Below, one piece after another: positions 50,182-59,790 of a stretch of DNA of 64,000 nucleotides. The stretch lies in contig JBBTUV010000001.1 of the NCBI GenBank assembly GCA_038063535.1, forward strand, positions 21,570 through 85,569, read 5' to 3'. Each line of letters starts with the position of its first letter. Within the stretch, counting starts at the first letter, position 1. Under the pieces are notes generated by a model, which saw only the letters and a list, made by a program, of their open reading frames with translations, did no database searches and was not told the DNA's origin. The translations under genes were made by a program, and so were the position numbers. The stretch is from Patescibacteria group bacterium. Lineage in GTDB: Bacteria > Patescibacteriota > Minisyncoccia > Phycocordibacterales > UBA9973.

Positions 50182-51717
50182 ATGAGTCTAGGATTATCGA
50201 TAATAATTTTTGCGGGCTCCGTGCTCCTTGTGGTCGGCGCGGCGCTCGGTTATTACCTCCGCGTCATTGTCGCGCTTGGCAAACGCCGATCGATCGAGAT
50301 CGACATCAAGCAGATGACAATGGCCGCCAAAGAGGAAGCGCAAAAGATCACCGAAGAAGCGAAGCGCGAGGCGGAAGAAAAACTCGAGGCGCTCAAGGGG
50401 GAAGAGCGGAAAAAAGAAGCGGGGTTCAAAGAAACTGAAAAGCGCCTGATCAAAAAGGACGAATTTCTCGACGCCCGCCAGGGAGAGATAGACAAAGAGA
50501 TGGAAGCGATAAAGGTACGGGTAGAGGAAGTGAAACGCGTACAGGAGAAAATAAGCAAGGTGGAAGAGGAGAAACGCGCTGAGCTCGAGCGGGTCGCGAA
50601 GCTTTCGGAAGTAGACGCGAAAGAGGAACTGATGCGCGAGATTGAGAAGAAGAACGAAGAAGACCTCATGGTCAAGATGGTCAAGCTCGAACAGTCGAGC
50701 GAAGAAAAGCTCGACCGGAGGGCCAAGGACATTCTGGCGACCTCGATCCAGCGGCTCGCCTCTTCGACCGCAAGCGAGCTCATGACCACGGTGGTCACCA
50801 TCCCGAACAATGAAATTAAGGGAAAGATCATCGGAAAAGAAGGCCGGAATATCCGCGCTTTCGAGCGCACGGCCGGGGTGGAGCTCATCGTCGATGATAC
50901 CCCGGGCTCGATCGTCATCTCCTCTTTCGATCCGATCCGCCGGCAGGTGGCGCGGCTTGCGCTTGAGAATCTGATCCTCGACGGGCGCATCCAGCCCGCA
51001 AAGATCGAGGAGCTCGTGGAGAAAGCGCGTGAGGAGATAAACAAAATAATCAAGGAAAAAGGCGAGCAGGCGGTTTATGAATGCGGCATTTTCAATTTCG
51101 ACCCTCGTATCGTCGCTATCCTCGGTCGGCTTTATTTCCGCACCAGTTATGGCCAGAACGTACTTCAGCACTCGGTGGAGATGGCGCACATCGCTGGAAT
51201 GCTCGCGGAAGAACTGGGAGCGGATGTGGCCATCGCCAAAGCCGGGGCGCTCGTTCATGACATCGGCAAAGCCCTTGACCACGAAGTACAAGGAACACAC
51301 GTCGAGATCGGCATCCGAATCCTTCAGAAATTCGGCGCGGACGAGAAAATAATCACCGCGATGAAGTCGCACCATGAGGATTACCCTTATGAGTCGATCG
51401 AGTCAGTGATCGTCCAGACGGCGGATGCCATTTCCGGCGGCCGGCCGGGCGCGAGACGCGATTCGGTGGAGAATTACTTGAAACGCCTACAGGAACTCGA
51501 AGCCTTGGTGAACGCATATCCTGGGGTGGAGAAGTCTTACGCTCTCCAGGCAGGGCGAGAAATAAGGATATTCGTCACTCCGGAGAAAATTTCCGACGTG
51601 GAGGCGAAGATCATGGCCCGCGATGTCGCCGAAAAGATAGAACAGGAGCTGAAATACCCCGGAGAAATCAAAGTCACCCTCATCCGCGAGACCCGGGTCA
51701 TAGAATACGCTAGATAA
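50182..51717 (+). CDS. rny: ribonuclease Y
   Basis: N-terminal TM, long coiled coil, KH domain (IGKEGRNIRAFERTAGVELIVDD), HD domain (LVHDIGKA). Confidence 0.9.
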   Translation: MSLGLSIIIFAGSVLLVVGAALGYYLRVIVALGKRRSIEIDIKQMTMAAKEEAQKITEEAKREAEEKLEALKGEERKKEAGFKETEKRLIKKDEFLDARQGEIDKEMEAIKVRVEEVKRVQEKISKVEEEKRAELERVAKLSEVDAKEELMREIEKKNEEDLMVKMVKLEQSSEEKLDRRAKDILATSIQRLASSTASELMTTVVTIPNNEIKGKIIGKEGRNIRAFERTAGVELIVDDTPGSIVISSFDPIRRQVARLALENLILDGRIQPAKIEELVEKAREEINKIIKEKGEQAVYECGIFNFDPRIVAILGRLYFRTSYGQNVLQHSVEMAHIAGMLAEELGADVAIAKAGALVHDIGKALDHEVQGTHVEIGIRILQKFGADEKIITAMKSHHEDYPYESIESVIVQTADAISGGRPGARRDSVENYLKRLQELEALVNAYPGVEKSYALQAGREIRIFVTPEKISDVEAKIMARDVAEKIEQELKYPGEIKVTLIRETRVIEYAR

Positions 51718-51735
51718 AATATACACATTTTCGAT

Positions 51736-51764
51736 TTGCTCTCAAAAAACCCTTGTTATATAAT
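51736..51764 (+). promoter_or_regulatory. sigma-70-type promoter for hup (TTGCTC-N17-TATAAT)
   Basis: -35 TTGCTC at 51736-51741, 17-nt spacer, perfect -10 TATAAT at 51759-51764, about 60 nt upstream of the hup ATG. Confidence 0.45.
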
Positions 51765-51826
51765 GGGCAAAGTGTAAATTTAATAGAAGCAAGGTCGAAA
51801 GGTTTAGCAAAATAACCATTAAATAT

Positions 51827-52099
51827 ATGAACAAACAAGCATTAGCTGACTGGGTACACGGCAAACTCGGCGGCACAAAGGTCCAAGCCGAAGAGGTTGT
51901 TGATGGAGTCTTTGACGCCATCACCGGCGCTCTGAAAAAGGGGGAAGAGGTGTCAGTAGCTGGCTTCGGAATCTTCTCCGTCAAGCAGCGAGCTGCCCGA
52001 ACCGCCAGGAACCCAAAGACTGGAGAGCAGGTAAAAGTCGCAGCAAAGCGTGTGCCGAAATTCCGCCCAGCCAAGGGGCTCAAGGACACGGTTGCTTAA
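51827..52099 (+). CDS. hup: DNA-binding protein HU
   Basis: 90 aa. GFGIFSVKQRAARTARNPKTGEQVKVAAKRVPKFRPAKGLKD arm region. Confidence 0.9.
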   Translation: MNKQALADWVHGKLGGTKVQAEEVVDGVFDAITGALKKGEEVSVAGFGIFSVKQRAARTARNPKTGEQVKVAAKRVPKFRPAKGLKDTVA

Positions 52100-52120
52100 A
52101 GAATTTTTCTCACCATCAAA

Positions 52121-52143
52121 AAATCCCCTTGAGGGGATTTTTT
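52121..52143 (+). terminator. Rho-independent terminator of hup
   Basis: AAATCCCC-ttga-GGGGATTT followed by TTTT, 22 nt after the hup stop. Confidence 0.7.
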
Positions 52144-52422
52144 GATTTGGCTAAAATTTGGTAAAATTGAAAGTATGAGAAGCATGGAGTGGAGAAAATT
52201 AACGCGAGAAAGCCGAAACTGGCGGGAAGCAATAGGCGAAGCAGGGATTATCCTTCCCTCTTCCAGTGAAATTTTATCGGGCCGTTCTGCGCCGGGAGAT
52301 TTTGGAGAACCGTTCGCGACGGACATTGTCGTCGATGGTATCCTTTGCGATATCTACCGCAAAAATAGCTCGGAAGATACTATCCCTAGGGTCTTCGTCC
52401 ACCAAAAAGCCTAGCCCATTTT

Positions 52423-52986
52423 TTAGTATTTCCTGATCACTGCTTTGACGATGCCTAAAATATTCAGGGAGTGCTCCGGGTAGATATCGGAATATTTCTC
52501 ATTAGCGGGCTCGAGGTGTGGAGCACAGTTTTTTGTGCGGAGATATTTCATTGTGTATTCGCCGTCGACTTCCGCTATCACTATCTCCCCATCCTTGGCA
52601 GTCGTCGCCCGCTCGACGATGACATGGTCGCCTTCTTCGATATGCGCGTCGAGCATGGAGTCGCCGTCGACCTCAAGCATGTAAGTGAGTTCTTTCCTGC
52701 CTATCAAAAAATCATCGAGGTCGACGGTGTCCGAAAGTTCATCAACGTCCGACGGTGGCCCGGCTTTGACGAGCCCAGCCATCGGGATCTCCCCGAAAGA
52801 ATCGCTCGGCACGAGACGGCCGAGATTGTCTTTCGCTACCAGCCCTGCTTCCACCAATTTCTCTACCAATTTGAAGACCGCGTTCTTTGACTTGAAGCCG
52901 AAAAGTTTCAACATCTCGGAGTAGGTCGGCATGCGCCGCTCCTTTCGGTAAAAAATCTCAAGCTTCGCTTGATGAGGATTTTTCAT
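52423..52986 (-). CDS. lexA: LexA repressor (S24 peptidase)
   Basis: N-terminal wHTH. Cleavage-site region AG (..MAGLVKAG..). Catalytic Ser in VDGDSM and Lys in MKYLR. Confidence 0.85.
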   Translation of the reverse strand: MKNPHQAKLEIFYRKERRMPTYSEMLKLFGFKSKNAVFKLVEKLVEAGLVAKDNLGRLVPSDSFGEIPMAGLVKAGPPSDVDELSDTVDLDDFLIGRKELTYMLEVDGDSMLDAHIEEGDHVIVERATTAKDGEIVIAEVDGEYTMKYLRTKNCAPHLEPANEKYSDIYPEHSLNILGIVKAVIRKY

Positions 52987-52989
52987 GGC

Positions 52990-53199
52990 CTAAAAAGGCA
53001 TCGCAAAAGACGGAAAAATCTTGCGAGCAAGGTTCTGAAAAAAGCTCTGCCTTCTTGAGTAGCGAACTTTTTTAAGGAGGATCTTATGATCTCGCGCTTC
53101 GCGCGCATAATCCTCCCCCCGAAGGATCTTCAGGTCAATGACCTTATTAATCCTCTGCAATTCCCGCTCGACTATTTTTAAATACTCTCTCTGGGACAT
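52990..53199 (-). CDS. small basic protein (70 aa), first gene of the lexA transcription unit (start set at the internal ATG)
   Basis: MSQREYLKIVERELQRINKVIDLKILRGEDYAREARDHKILLKKVRYSRRQ... The stop is 4 nt before the lexA start. The LexA box lies 13 nt upstream of its ATG. Confidence 0.4.
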   Translation of the reverse strand: MSQREYLKIVERELQRINKVIDLKILRGEDYAREARDHKILLKKVRYSRRQSFFQNLARKIFPSFAMPF

Positions 53200-53211
53200 G
53201 GTTATAGTATA

Positions 53212-53229
53212 GGTGAACGCTCGTTCACC
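53212..53229. promoter_or_regulatory. LexA (Cheo-type SOS) box: perfect 18-bp palindrome GGTGAACGCTCGTTCACC containing GAAC-N4-GTTC
   Basis: Read directly. Matches the Gram-positive/Cheo consensus CGAAC-N4-GTTCG core. Sits at the promoter of the small-gene/lexA unit. Confidence 0.6.
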
Positions 53230-53264
53230 TGTCAAGCACGGGCTGGGGATACCTTAAAAGGCCC

Positions 53265-54173
53265 TTAATTAATGGCTCTTGGCCTACTCGAGTACTGTTC
53301 GTGAAAGAAAACTGCCATACCTAAAAATACTAGCAAGCCGCCAAAGAAAAAAGGACGGGTAATCTTCTCTCCCAGAAGAAGGCTCGCCCAGATAATGCCA
53401 GCGATTGGTTGGAGGAAAAACGACATGGAGGCCATGACGGCCGTCGCTTTTTTTATGATGTACTGATACAAAATATAATAAAGAACAGTGCCGCCCACAG
53501 CCACATAGATTACACAAAGCCAAGTCGTCAAAGAAATTTCTTTTAGCAGGCTGAGACTTCCTGAATGGAAGGAGAGTAGTAATGTTTGAGAGACAATGGT
53601 CGTGTAAATAAAATACTTAGTCAAAGTAAGAGGAGAATATTCACGTGAATACTTTCGGGAGAGAACCGAATAAAGGCTAAAGACTAATACTGCCCCAACT
53701 AAAGTAAGGTTGCCCGCCAAAGTCCCGTTCCAAACACTCCCTTTCCCAAAAAGAGGTGCGGCCACAATAAAAAGAACACCGATAAATCCCAAGAAGATTC
53801 CCAGCCATTTTTTCAAACTAATTTTTTCTTTGAGAATTACCAAGGAGAAAGCGGCGATGACCAGGGGGCCGGAAGCGTACATAGTAACTGCAATGCTTGC
53901 GGTAGTATGGTCGAGTCCCAAAACAAATAAAAAGACATTCAGGGTTCCCAAGAGGGAGATGAGGATCAGTTTTCTCTTGCCCGCAACAACTTCTTTGGTC
54001 TGAGTGAGCAAATATGGTAGGAAAAAAATATACGCAAAAGCAAAACGTAAAAAGGTAAATAAGTCGATCGGTAGTTCCCGAAGAGCGATCTTAAAAAAGG
54101 TGCCGTTCGCTCCCAAGATTGACATAATAATCACCAAAAAAAGAATTTGATATTTCTCAAATGTTTCTCTCAT
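53265..54173 (-). CDS. DMT superfamily (EamA-like) transporter
   Basis: 10 predicted TM helices in two 5-TM EamA repeats. 302 aa. Confidence 0.75.
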   Translation of the reverse strand: MRETFEKYQILFLVIIMSILGANGTFFKIALRELPIDLFTFLRFAFAYIFFLPYLLTQTKEVVAGKRKLILISLLGTLNVFLFVLGLDHTTASIAVTMYASGPLVIAAFSLVILKEKISLKKWLGIFLGFIGVLFIVAAPLFGKGSVWNGTLAGNLTLVGAVLVFSLYSVLSRKYSREYSPLTLTKYFIYTTIVSQTLLLSFHSGSLSLLKEISLTTWLCVIYVAVGGTVLYYILYQYIIKKATAVMASMSFFLQPIAGIIWASLLLGEKITRPFFFGGLLVFLGMAVFFHEQYSSRPRAIN

Positions 54174-55721
54174 TTAATTATTCACTTTCGGGCGGTATTG
54201 GATGGCTTCGAGGATGTGGGTGGGTGCAATTTCAGGAGAGCCAGCGAGGTCGGCGATGGTGCGGGCAATTTTTTGAACTCGGTGATAAGCACGAGCAGAG
54301 AGGCCGAGACGCTCGGCGCTCTCGTCGAGAAGTTTTCTCACTTCGTCGGAAAGTTTCACCATTTTCGAGAGATCCTTCACGTTCATCTCGCTGTTTGTCG
54401 TGATATCGCGGCTGAATTTTTTAAATCTCTCCCCTTGCGCTTCGCGGGCTTGAACCACCCGCTCTTTTATTTTTTCGTTCACTTCCCCCGTACCTTCTCC
54501 GCCGAGCTTTTTATAGTCGACATTCCCCACCGAAAGCCAGATGTCGATGCGGTCGATGATCGGCCCTGAAAGTTTCCGGCGGTAGCGGTCAAGATCCGAA
54601 GGTTTGCAGATGCAGGCCTTCGTCTTCGAACCTAAATTCCCGCAGGGGCAGGGGTTCATCGCCGCGACCAGTATGAAATTCGAAGGAAAAATCGCCGAGC
54701 CTCTGGCGCGCGAGATCGAAACGATGTTGTCTTCGAGTGGCTGACGCAGGGACTCAATTACCCTTTTCTCAAATTCCGGAAATTCGTCGAGGAAAAGAAC
54801 GCCGCGGTGCGCCAGCGTCACTTCCCCGGGTTTCGGATACGTGCCACCACCCACGATCGAGACATAACTCGAAGTGTGGTGCGGAGCGCGAAAGGGAGGA
54901 AAGGGTACGAGCTCCCCCGCCGTCGCTCCGGCGACCGAGTGAATGCCGGTGATCTCAAGCACCTCCGCCGTGGAGAGGTCCGGTAGTATTCCGGAGAAGG
55001 CGCGGGCCAGCATCGTTTTGCCCGTACCCGGCGGGCCGTACATCGCGATGTTGTGCCCACCGGCGGCCGCGATCTCAAGACCGCGCTTAGCGCCCTCTTG
55101 TCCGCGAATGTCGGAAAAGTCGCCGACCTTCTTCTGTTTCCCAGCCCTGATCTCCGTTTTGGGCTGAAGTGGTATGCTCTTTCTGATTTTCCCCGGAAGC
55201 CGAGTCTCATCCATATGTTCGACGACTTCCGCGAGGCTCTTCGCCCCGAAAATTTTTATGCCCGGCACGACCGCCGCTTCTTCGGCATTTTCGCGCGGGA
55301 GGTATATCTCCTCGAAGCCCGCGCGCTTCGCAGCCTCGGCTAGTGGCAGCGCTCCGCGGATCCTGTGCAATGTGCCGTCGAGGCCAAGCTCGCCGAGAAA
55401 AATTTTCTTCTCCGGATTGAACTTTATTTCATCGGAGGCAAGCAAATAGGCAATAGCTATCGCAAGGTCAAAAAACGGCCCCTCCTTCTTGAGGTCGGCC
55501 GGGGAAAGAGAAACCGTGATCTTCTGATTCTTCGCTTTCGGAGATTTATAGCCTGAATTTTTGATTGCTCCGGAAACCCGGTCCTTCGACTCATCCACCG
55601 CTTTGTCCGGCAGGCCGACCACCGAGAAAGAGTGGAGTCCCCGGGAGAGGTCAACTTCGATGGTCACGATCACTCCGGATAAGAGATTGACTTGTGCGGA
55701 GTAAACTTTCGCGTAGCTCAT
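54174..55721 (-). CDS. comM: YifB/ComM family Mg-chelatase-like AAA+ ATPase
   Basis: N-terminal ChlI-like Lon-SSD domain. Walker A GPPGTGKTMLA. C-terminal Zn-ribbon-like region CPCGNLGSKTKACIC. Confidence 0.9.
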   Translation of the reverse strand: MSYAKVYSAQVNLLSGVIVTIEVDLSRGLHSFSVVGLPDKAVDESKDRVSGAIKNSGYKSPKAKNQKITVSLSPADLKKEGPFFDLAIAIAYLLASDEIKFNPEKKIFLGELGLDGTLHRIRGALPLAEAAKRAGFEEIYLPRENAEEAAVVPGIKIFGAKSLAEVVEHMDETRLPGKIRKSIPLQPKTEIRAGKQKKVGDFSDIRGQEGAKRGLEIAAAGGHNIAMYGPPGTGKTMLARAFSGILPDLSTAEVLEITGIHSVAGATAGELVPFPPFRAPHHTSSYVSIVGGGTYPKPGEVTLAHRGVLFLDEFPEFEKRVIESLRQPLEDNIVSISRARGSAIFPSNFILVAAMNPCPCGNLGSKTKACICKPSDLDRYRRKLSGPIIDRIDIWLSVGNVDYKKLGGEGTGEVNEKIKERVVQAREAQGERFKKFSRDITTNSEMNVKDLSKMVKLSDEVRKLLDESAERLGLSARAYHRVQKIARTIADLAGSPEIAPTHILEAIQYRPKVNN

Positions 55722-55723
55722 GG

Positions 55724-56101
55724 CTAGCTCTCGAGATGTTCCTTGCAGGTCCTGGCGGCCGGGTTCGCTTCGAGACGCGCTTCTTCTATCTCCTTCCCGC
55801 AGACCTGCCCGTCCGGCAGGCGGGCTTCACAGATACCAAAATTTTTTCGCTCTAGTCCTTTGAGCGCCCGGAGGATGTTGTTGAGCCTGGGCTCGAGCAC
55901 GCCGATCATCGAGGAGCGTGATTCGAATTCTTCAAAGCGGTCGGCCAGGTCGTTTTGGTCACTCTCGCGACCGGTCACTTCTTCTGGAGTCGCCTCCCAT
56001 TCCCCCGTTTCGGCGTTGAGCTTGCCCATGTCCCGAAGTTCCTCGAGAAGCACGTCCCGCTCCTTCTCAAGTTTTTCTTTCATCTTTTTCTTATCTATCA
56101 C
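55724..56101 (-). CDS. DksA/TraR-family zinc-finger protein (variant C-x9-C...C-x2-H finger)
   Basis: Coiled-coil N-terminus. C-terminal ICEARLPDGQVCGKEIEEARLEANPAARTCKEH resembles the TraR/DksA C4 finger, with an 8-residue insertion and a terminal His. Confidence 0.65.
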   Translation of the reverse strand: MIDKKKMKEKLEKERDVLLEELRDMGKLNAETGEWEATPEEVTGRESDQNDLADRFEEFESRSSMIGVLEPRLNNILRALKGLERKNFGICEARLPDGQVCGKEIEEARLEANPAARTCKEHLES

Positions 56102-56136
56102 AAGTGCATCTTAGCATGATAAATAATTATCGCAAA

Positions 56137-56997
56137 CTACTTTCGGATGCCGGAGCCGGTAAGCCGGAGGACCACTTCGCGCGCGGCCGCGGGGCTTGAG
56201 CCGAGAAGCACCGAGCGCTCGTCGGCAAAAAGGTAAAACATCACCGGGCGGCCGTCGGGAGCGTAAAGGAGGCGGGCGTTCTTGTTCTCGACAAGGCCGT
56301 CCTCGAAATTTTTACCTTGGAGAGATTCAAATTCCAGAGAAACCGGGATTCGAAAATATCGGTAAATGTCGGAAAACATCTTTTTCTCCCAAACGCGCAT
56401 TCCCGGGAAAATATCCTGAAATTCCCTCGCTTGAAGAAGGAAAAAGAGGCTTTTCCCGCCTTCTTTTTCTCCAAAGACACCCAGAAGGAACTCGTCGGAA
56501 ACGTTCTCGATGTTATCAAGCGGAAGGTTGAGGGCGGCTAGGGCAACGAAATGGCGCAACCCCACCGGCACCCCATCCGTAGCAGGTTTGATAGCAAGGA
56601 TCCAGCCTGGACGAACATTTAGTTTTTCTTCCTCTGCCAAGATCGCGGCGACAATCTCGTCTTTCGAAAGCCCGCTAATGGAAACTTGCGTTTCGCCATT
56701 TACGGAGAGCAGCCACTGCGTCCCCTGGGAAGGAACGATGTCCCGGGGAGGAGGAACATGGCTATTCGATACGAAATAAAAAATTATCGAAACTCCCAGG
56801 ATCAGAAAGAGCGACCCGAAAAATCCGTAGATCCGGTTCCCCTTGCCTTTCAAGTGTTTGGGTTCGCTTTCCCGTGCCTCTTCTTCCTCAATTATTTTTT
56901 TTACCAACGTCCCGTGGCTCTCTTCGATCGCGGCGCTCAAATCAGTCGTGAAGGTCTTTATGATCGGAGCTTCTTTTTCTCTTTCTTCTGTCATCAT
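56137..56997 (-). CDS. hypothetical single-pass membrane protein
   Basis: Acidic N-terminus, TM FFGSLFLILGVSIIFYFV, about 200-aa extracytoplasmic domain. 4-nt overlap with pnp. Confidence 0.4.
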   Translation of the reverse strand: MMTEEREKEAPIIKTFTTDLSAAIEESHGTLVKKIIEEEEARESEPKHLKGKGNRIYGFFGSLFLILGVSIIFYFVSNSHVPPPRDIVPSQGTQWLLSVNGETQVSISGLSKDEIVAAILAEEEKLNVRPGWILAIKPATDGVPVGLRHFVALAALNLPLDNIENVSDEFLLGVFGEKEGGKSLFFLLQAREFQDIFPGMRVWEKKMFSDIYRYFRIPVSLEFESLQGKNFEDGLVENKNARLLYAPDGRPVMFYLFADERSVLLGSSPAAAREVVLRLTGSGIRK

Positions 56998-59105
56998 TTT
57001 TTACCAAAGAAATTGTTGTCGGCTTGCTTGATCGAAAGGCTCACCTTCCCGCGCTCGCGGTCGACGGCGATCACCCGAACCGGCACGATCATACCAACTT
57101 TCATTATATCGGAAACCTTCTCTACCCGGAACGGCGCCAGCTCGCTTATGTGCACCATGCCATCGGTCTGGGAATTGAGACGGACGAACGCTCCGAAGTC
57201 CGCAAGCTTCACCACTTCGCCGCGGAACTCCTCCCCGGGTGCAAACTCGTGCGTCATCTCTTCGATTATTTTCTTGGCTATCTCAGCCGAGCCGTTTTTA
57301 CCGGTAAGATAGACCGTGCCGTCGTCTTCGACGGTGATCTCGGCACCGGATTTCTCTTTTATCTCTTTGATCGTCTTGCCGCCACTACCGATGACCATGC
57401 CGATCTGGTCCGGCCTGATCCGGATCTGGAGGATCATCGGAGCGTTCGGGGAAATTTCTGGCCGAGGGGCCGCGAGTTCACCGGCGATTTTCTGGAGAAT
57501 CTCGAGGTGCGCTTTGCGAGACTGGATCATCGCTTCATGGAGAACTTTGATCGGGACGCCCTCCACTTTCACGTCAAGCTGGATGGCGGTAATGCCGTCC
57601 TGTGTGCCCGCAACCTTGAAGTCCATATCGCCGTGATGATCCTCGGGGCCTTGGATATCAGTCAAGATCTTGTACTTTTTTTCTGATTCGAACATTAAAC
57701 CCATGGCGACCCCGGCAACCGGAGATTTGAGCGGCACTCCGCCATCCATAAGAGCGATCGTTCCGGCGCAGATCGAAGCCTGCGAAGTCGAGCCGTTCGA
57801 AGCCATCGCCTCCGACACTACTCGGATGGTGTAAGGAAACTCCTCCTTGGTCGGCAGAACCATCGCAAGAGCTTTCTCGGCCAGCGCCCCGTGGCCGATC
57901 TCGCGGCGATTGGTCATCGTTGCCCGGCCGAGCTCGCCGGTCGAGAAGGGCGGAAAATTGTAGTGGTGCATGAACCTCTTTTCGAATTGGATCTCCATGC
58001 CCTCGATCGAGTGCCTTGCTTCCGGGCCGCCCAAGGTGAGCACCGAGAGCACGTGCGTGCCTCCGCGGTAAAAAATTCCGGAGCCATGCACGACGCTCGA
58101 GAGCCCGCCCGCTTTCACAAAGAGATCGCGAAGCTCGTCCATCGCCCGGCCGTCTGCGCGTTTGTCCTCTTCGATCGCCTTCGAGTGAAGTATTTCATTT
58201 TCAGTGTCATCGAAAAGCGCGTCTTCGAGAGTATAGTCGCCACGATCGGGAAATTTTTCCTTACAAAGGAGATTCCACTCGGTGTGAAGTGCGTCGATCT
58301 CCGCCTTGCCCGGACCCGCGAATATCGCTTTCTCCATCTTCGGCAATATCACACTCTCAAAAAGCTCAACTGATTCTTTCGAAATTTCTTTTTTCTCTAT
58401 TTCCCTTTTTTCTTTTCCTACCTCTTTCGAGATTTTCCGCTGCCAATCCTCGAGGCGGGCGATTTCCGCGCTTGCCTTCTCGAGCGCCTCGGTGAGTTCT
58501 GCTTCCGGAACCTGCCGGGCGGCGGCTTCAATCATGTTTATGTGGCCAGCCTTTCCACAGACGACCATGTCGAACTTATAAGGCGTTTCCTCCTCACGGA
58601 GTTTACTCGAAGCGTTAATAGTGAGATCGTTCCCTACATACTTGCCTATGCGCACCGCCCCGATCGGTCCCGCCCAGGGAATGTTCGAGGTCGCGAGCGC
58701 GAGTGACGCGGCGTTGATGGCAAGCACCGTCGGATCGTTGTCGTCCACCGAGATGACCGTCACGATCACTTGCACGGCATGGCGCATCGATTGATCGAAA
58801 AGCGGACGGATGGTCCGGTCGATCACCCGGGAGGAGAGGATCGCTTCGTTCGAGGGCTTGCCCTCGCGTCGGGTAAAACGAGAACCCAAAATCTTTCCGG
58901 CAGCATAAAATTTCTCGACGTAATCGACGGTTAAATTAAAAAAATCTTTCGCGCCTTCGGCGTCGCGGGACATGCAGGCGGTGGCCAGCACCAACGTCTG
59001 GCCGTAGCGGAGCATCACTGAGCCATGCGCTTGCTCGGCGAGATCGCTGAAAGTCGCGGTCAAAGTTCGACCACCAACTTCAAGACTATATTCTTTTTGT
59101 TTCAT
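56994..59105 (-). CDS. pnp: polyribonucleotide nucleotidyltransferase (PNPase)
   Basis: Two RNase PH domains, KH (IGSGGKTIKEI) and S1 (GEVVKLADFGAFV) domains. Confidence 0.95.
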   Translation of the reverse strand: MKQKEYSLEVGGRTLTATFSDLAEQAHGSVMLRYGQTLVLATACMSRDAEGAKDFFNLTVDYVEKFYAAGKILGSRFTRREGKPSNEAILSSRVIDRTIRPLFDQSMRHAVQVIVTVISVDDNDPTVLAINAASLALATSNIPWAGPIGAVRIGKYVGNDLTINASSKLREEETPYKFDMVVCGKAGHINMIEAAARQVPEAELTEALEKASAEIARLEDWQRKISKEVGKEKREIEKKEISKESVELFESVILPKMEKAIFAGPGKAEIDALHTEWNLLCKEKFPDRGDYTLEDALFDDTENEILHSKAIEEDKRADGRAMDELRDLFVKAGGLSSVVHGSGIFYRGGTHVLSVLTLGGPEARHSIEGMEIQFEKRFMHHYNFPPFSTGELGRATMTNRREIGHGALAEKALAMVLPTKEEFPYTIRVVSEAMASNGSTSQASICAGTIALMDGGVPLKSPVAGVAMGLMFESEKKYKILTDIQGPEDHHGDMDFKVAGTQDGITAIQLDVKVEGVPIKVLHEAMIQSRKAHLEILQKIAGELAAPRPEISPNAPMILQIRIRPDQIGMVIGSGGKTIKEIKEKSGAEITVEDDGTVYLTGKNGSAEIAKKIIEEMTHEFAPGEEFRGEVVKLADFGAFVRLNSQTDGMVHISELAPFRVEKVSDIMKVGMIVPVRVIAVDRERGKVSLSIKQADNNFFGKK

Positions 59106-59234
59106 TTATTAAATGAGCTCCTCTTTAGAATAAAGGCTGTTTCACCAAAAAATTGGAAAAACAATTCTCTATCTAAAGACGAACTCCAGATTAACTTTTA
59201 ATTAATTGGAATACTAGCACGCCGGGGAAGGAAA

Positions 59235-59759
59235 TCAAGTTTTTCTGCCGTTGCCGGCGCCCATGAGATACTTCCTCGGATTCTCGGAGAGATCAACGAA
59301 GTCGTCGAGCGCTTCGCGCAGTTTCGAAGAAGTGGACTTGCCGAAGCAAGCGCCCTCCACCTGCACGCCGAGAGTCTGCAGATATTTCACGAGCGGAATG
59401 AAGTCGCCGTCGCCGGAGGCGATGACTACGCAGTCAAGCCGCGGTGCCATCTTGATCGCATCCACCGCGAGGCCCACGTCCCAGTCCGCCTTCTTCGCGC
59501 CACCCGCGAAGACTTGCAGGTCCTTGGTCTTTGTCTCGATACCGATCTTGGTTAGTGCCTCGAAAAAATTTTTCTCCTCGCCGCTCTCGGTAGTAATAAC
59601 GTAGGCTACTGCCCGGACGAGCCTTCGGCCGGCCACCGCGTCTTTCATCACCGCGCCGAAATTGACTCGTGCATTGTAGAGATTGCGCGCGCTGTGGTAG
59701 AGATTCTGTGTATCTATAAAGACACCCACTCTTTGTTCTTTATGTTTTATTACGGTCAT
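59235..59759 (-). CDS. NYN/LabA-like domain protein (putative RNase) inserted between rpsO and pnp
   Basis: RVGVFIDTQNLYHSA ... DCVVIASGDGDFIPLV (LabA/NYN PIN-like acidic residues). Confidence 0.75.
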   Translation of the reverse strand: MTVIKHKEQRVGVFIDTQNLYHSARNLYNARVNFGAVMKDAVAGRRLVRAVAYVITTESGEEKNFFEALTKIGIETKTKDLQVFAGGAKKADWDVGLAVDAIKMAPRLDCVVIASGDGDFIPLVKYLQTLGVQVEGACFGKSTSSKLREALDDFVDLSENPRKYLMGAGNGRKT

Positions 59760-59790
59760 TAAAAATTAGAAACCAAAACTTATGAAAAAC

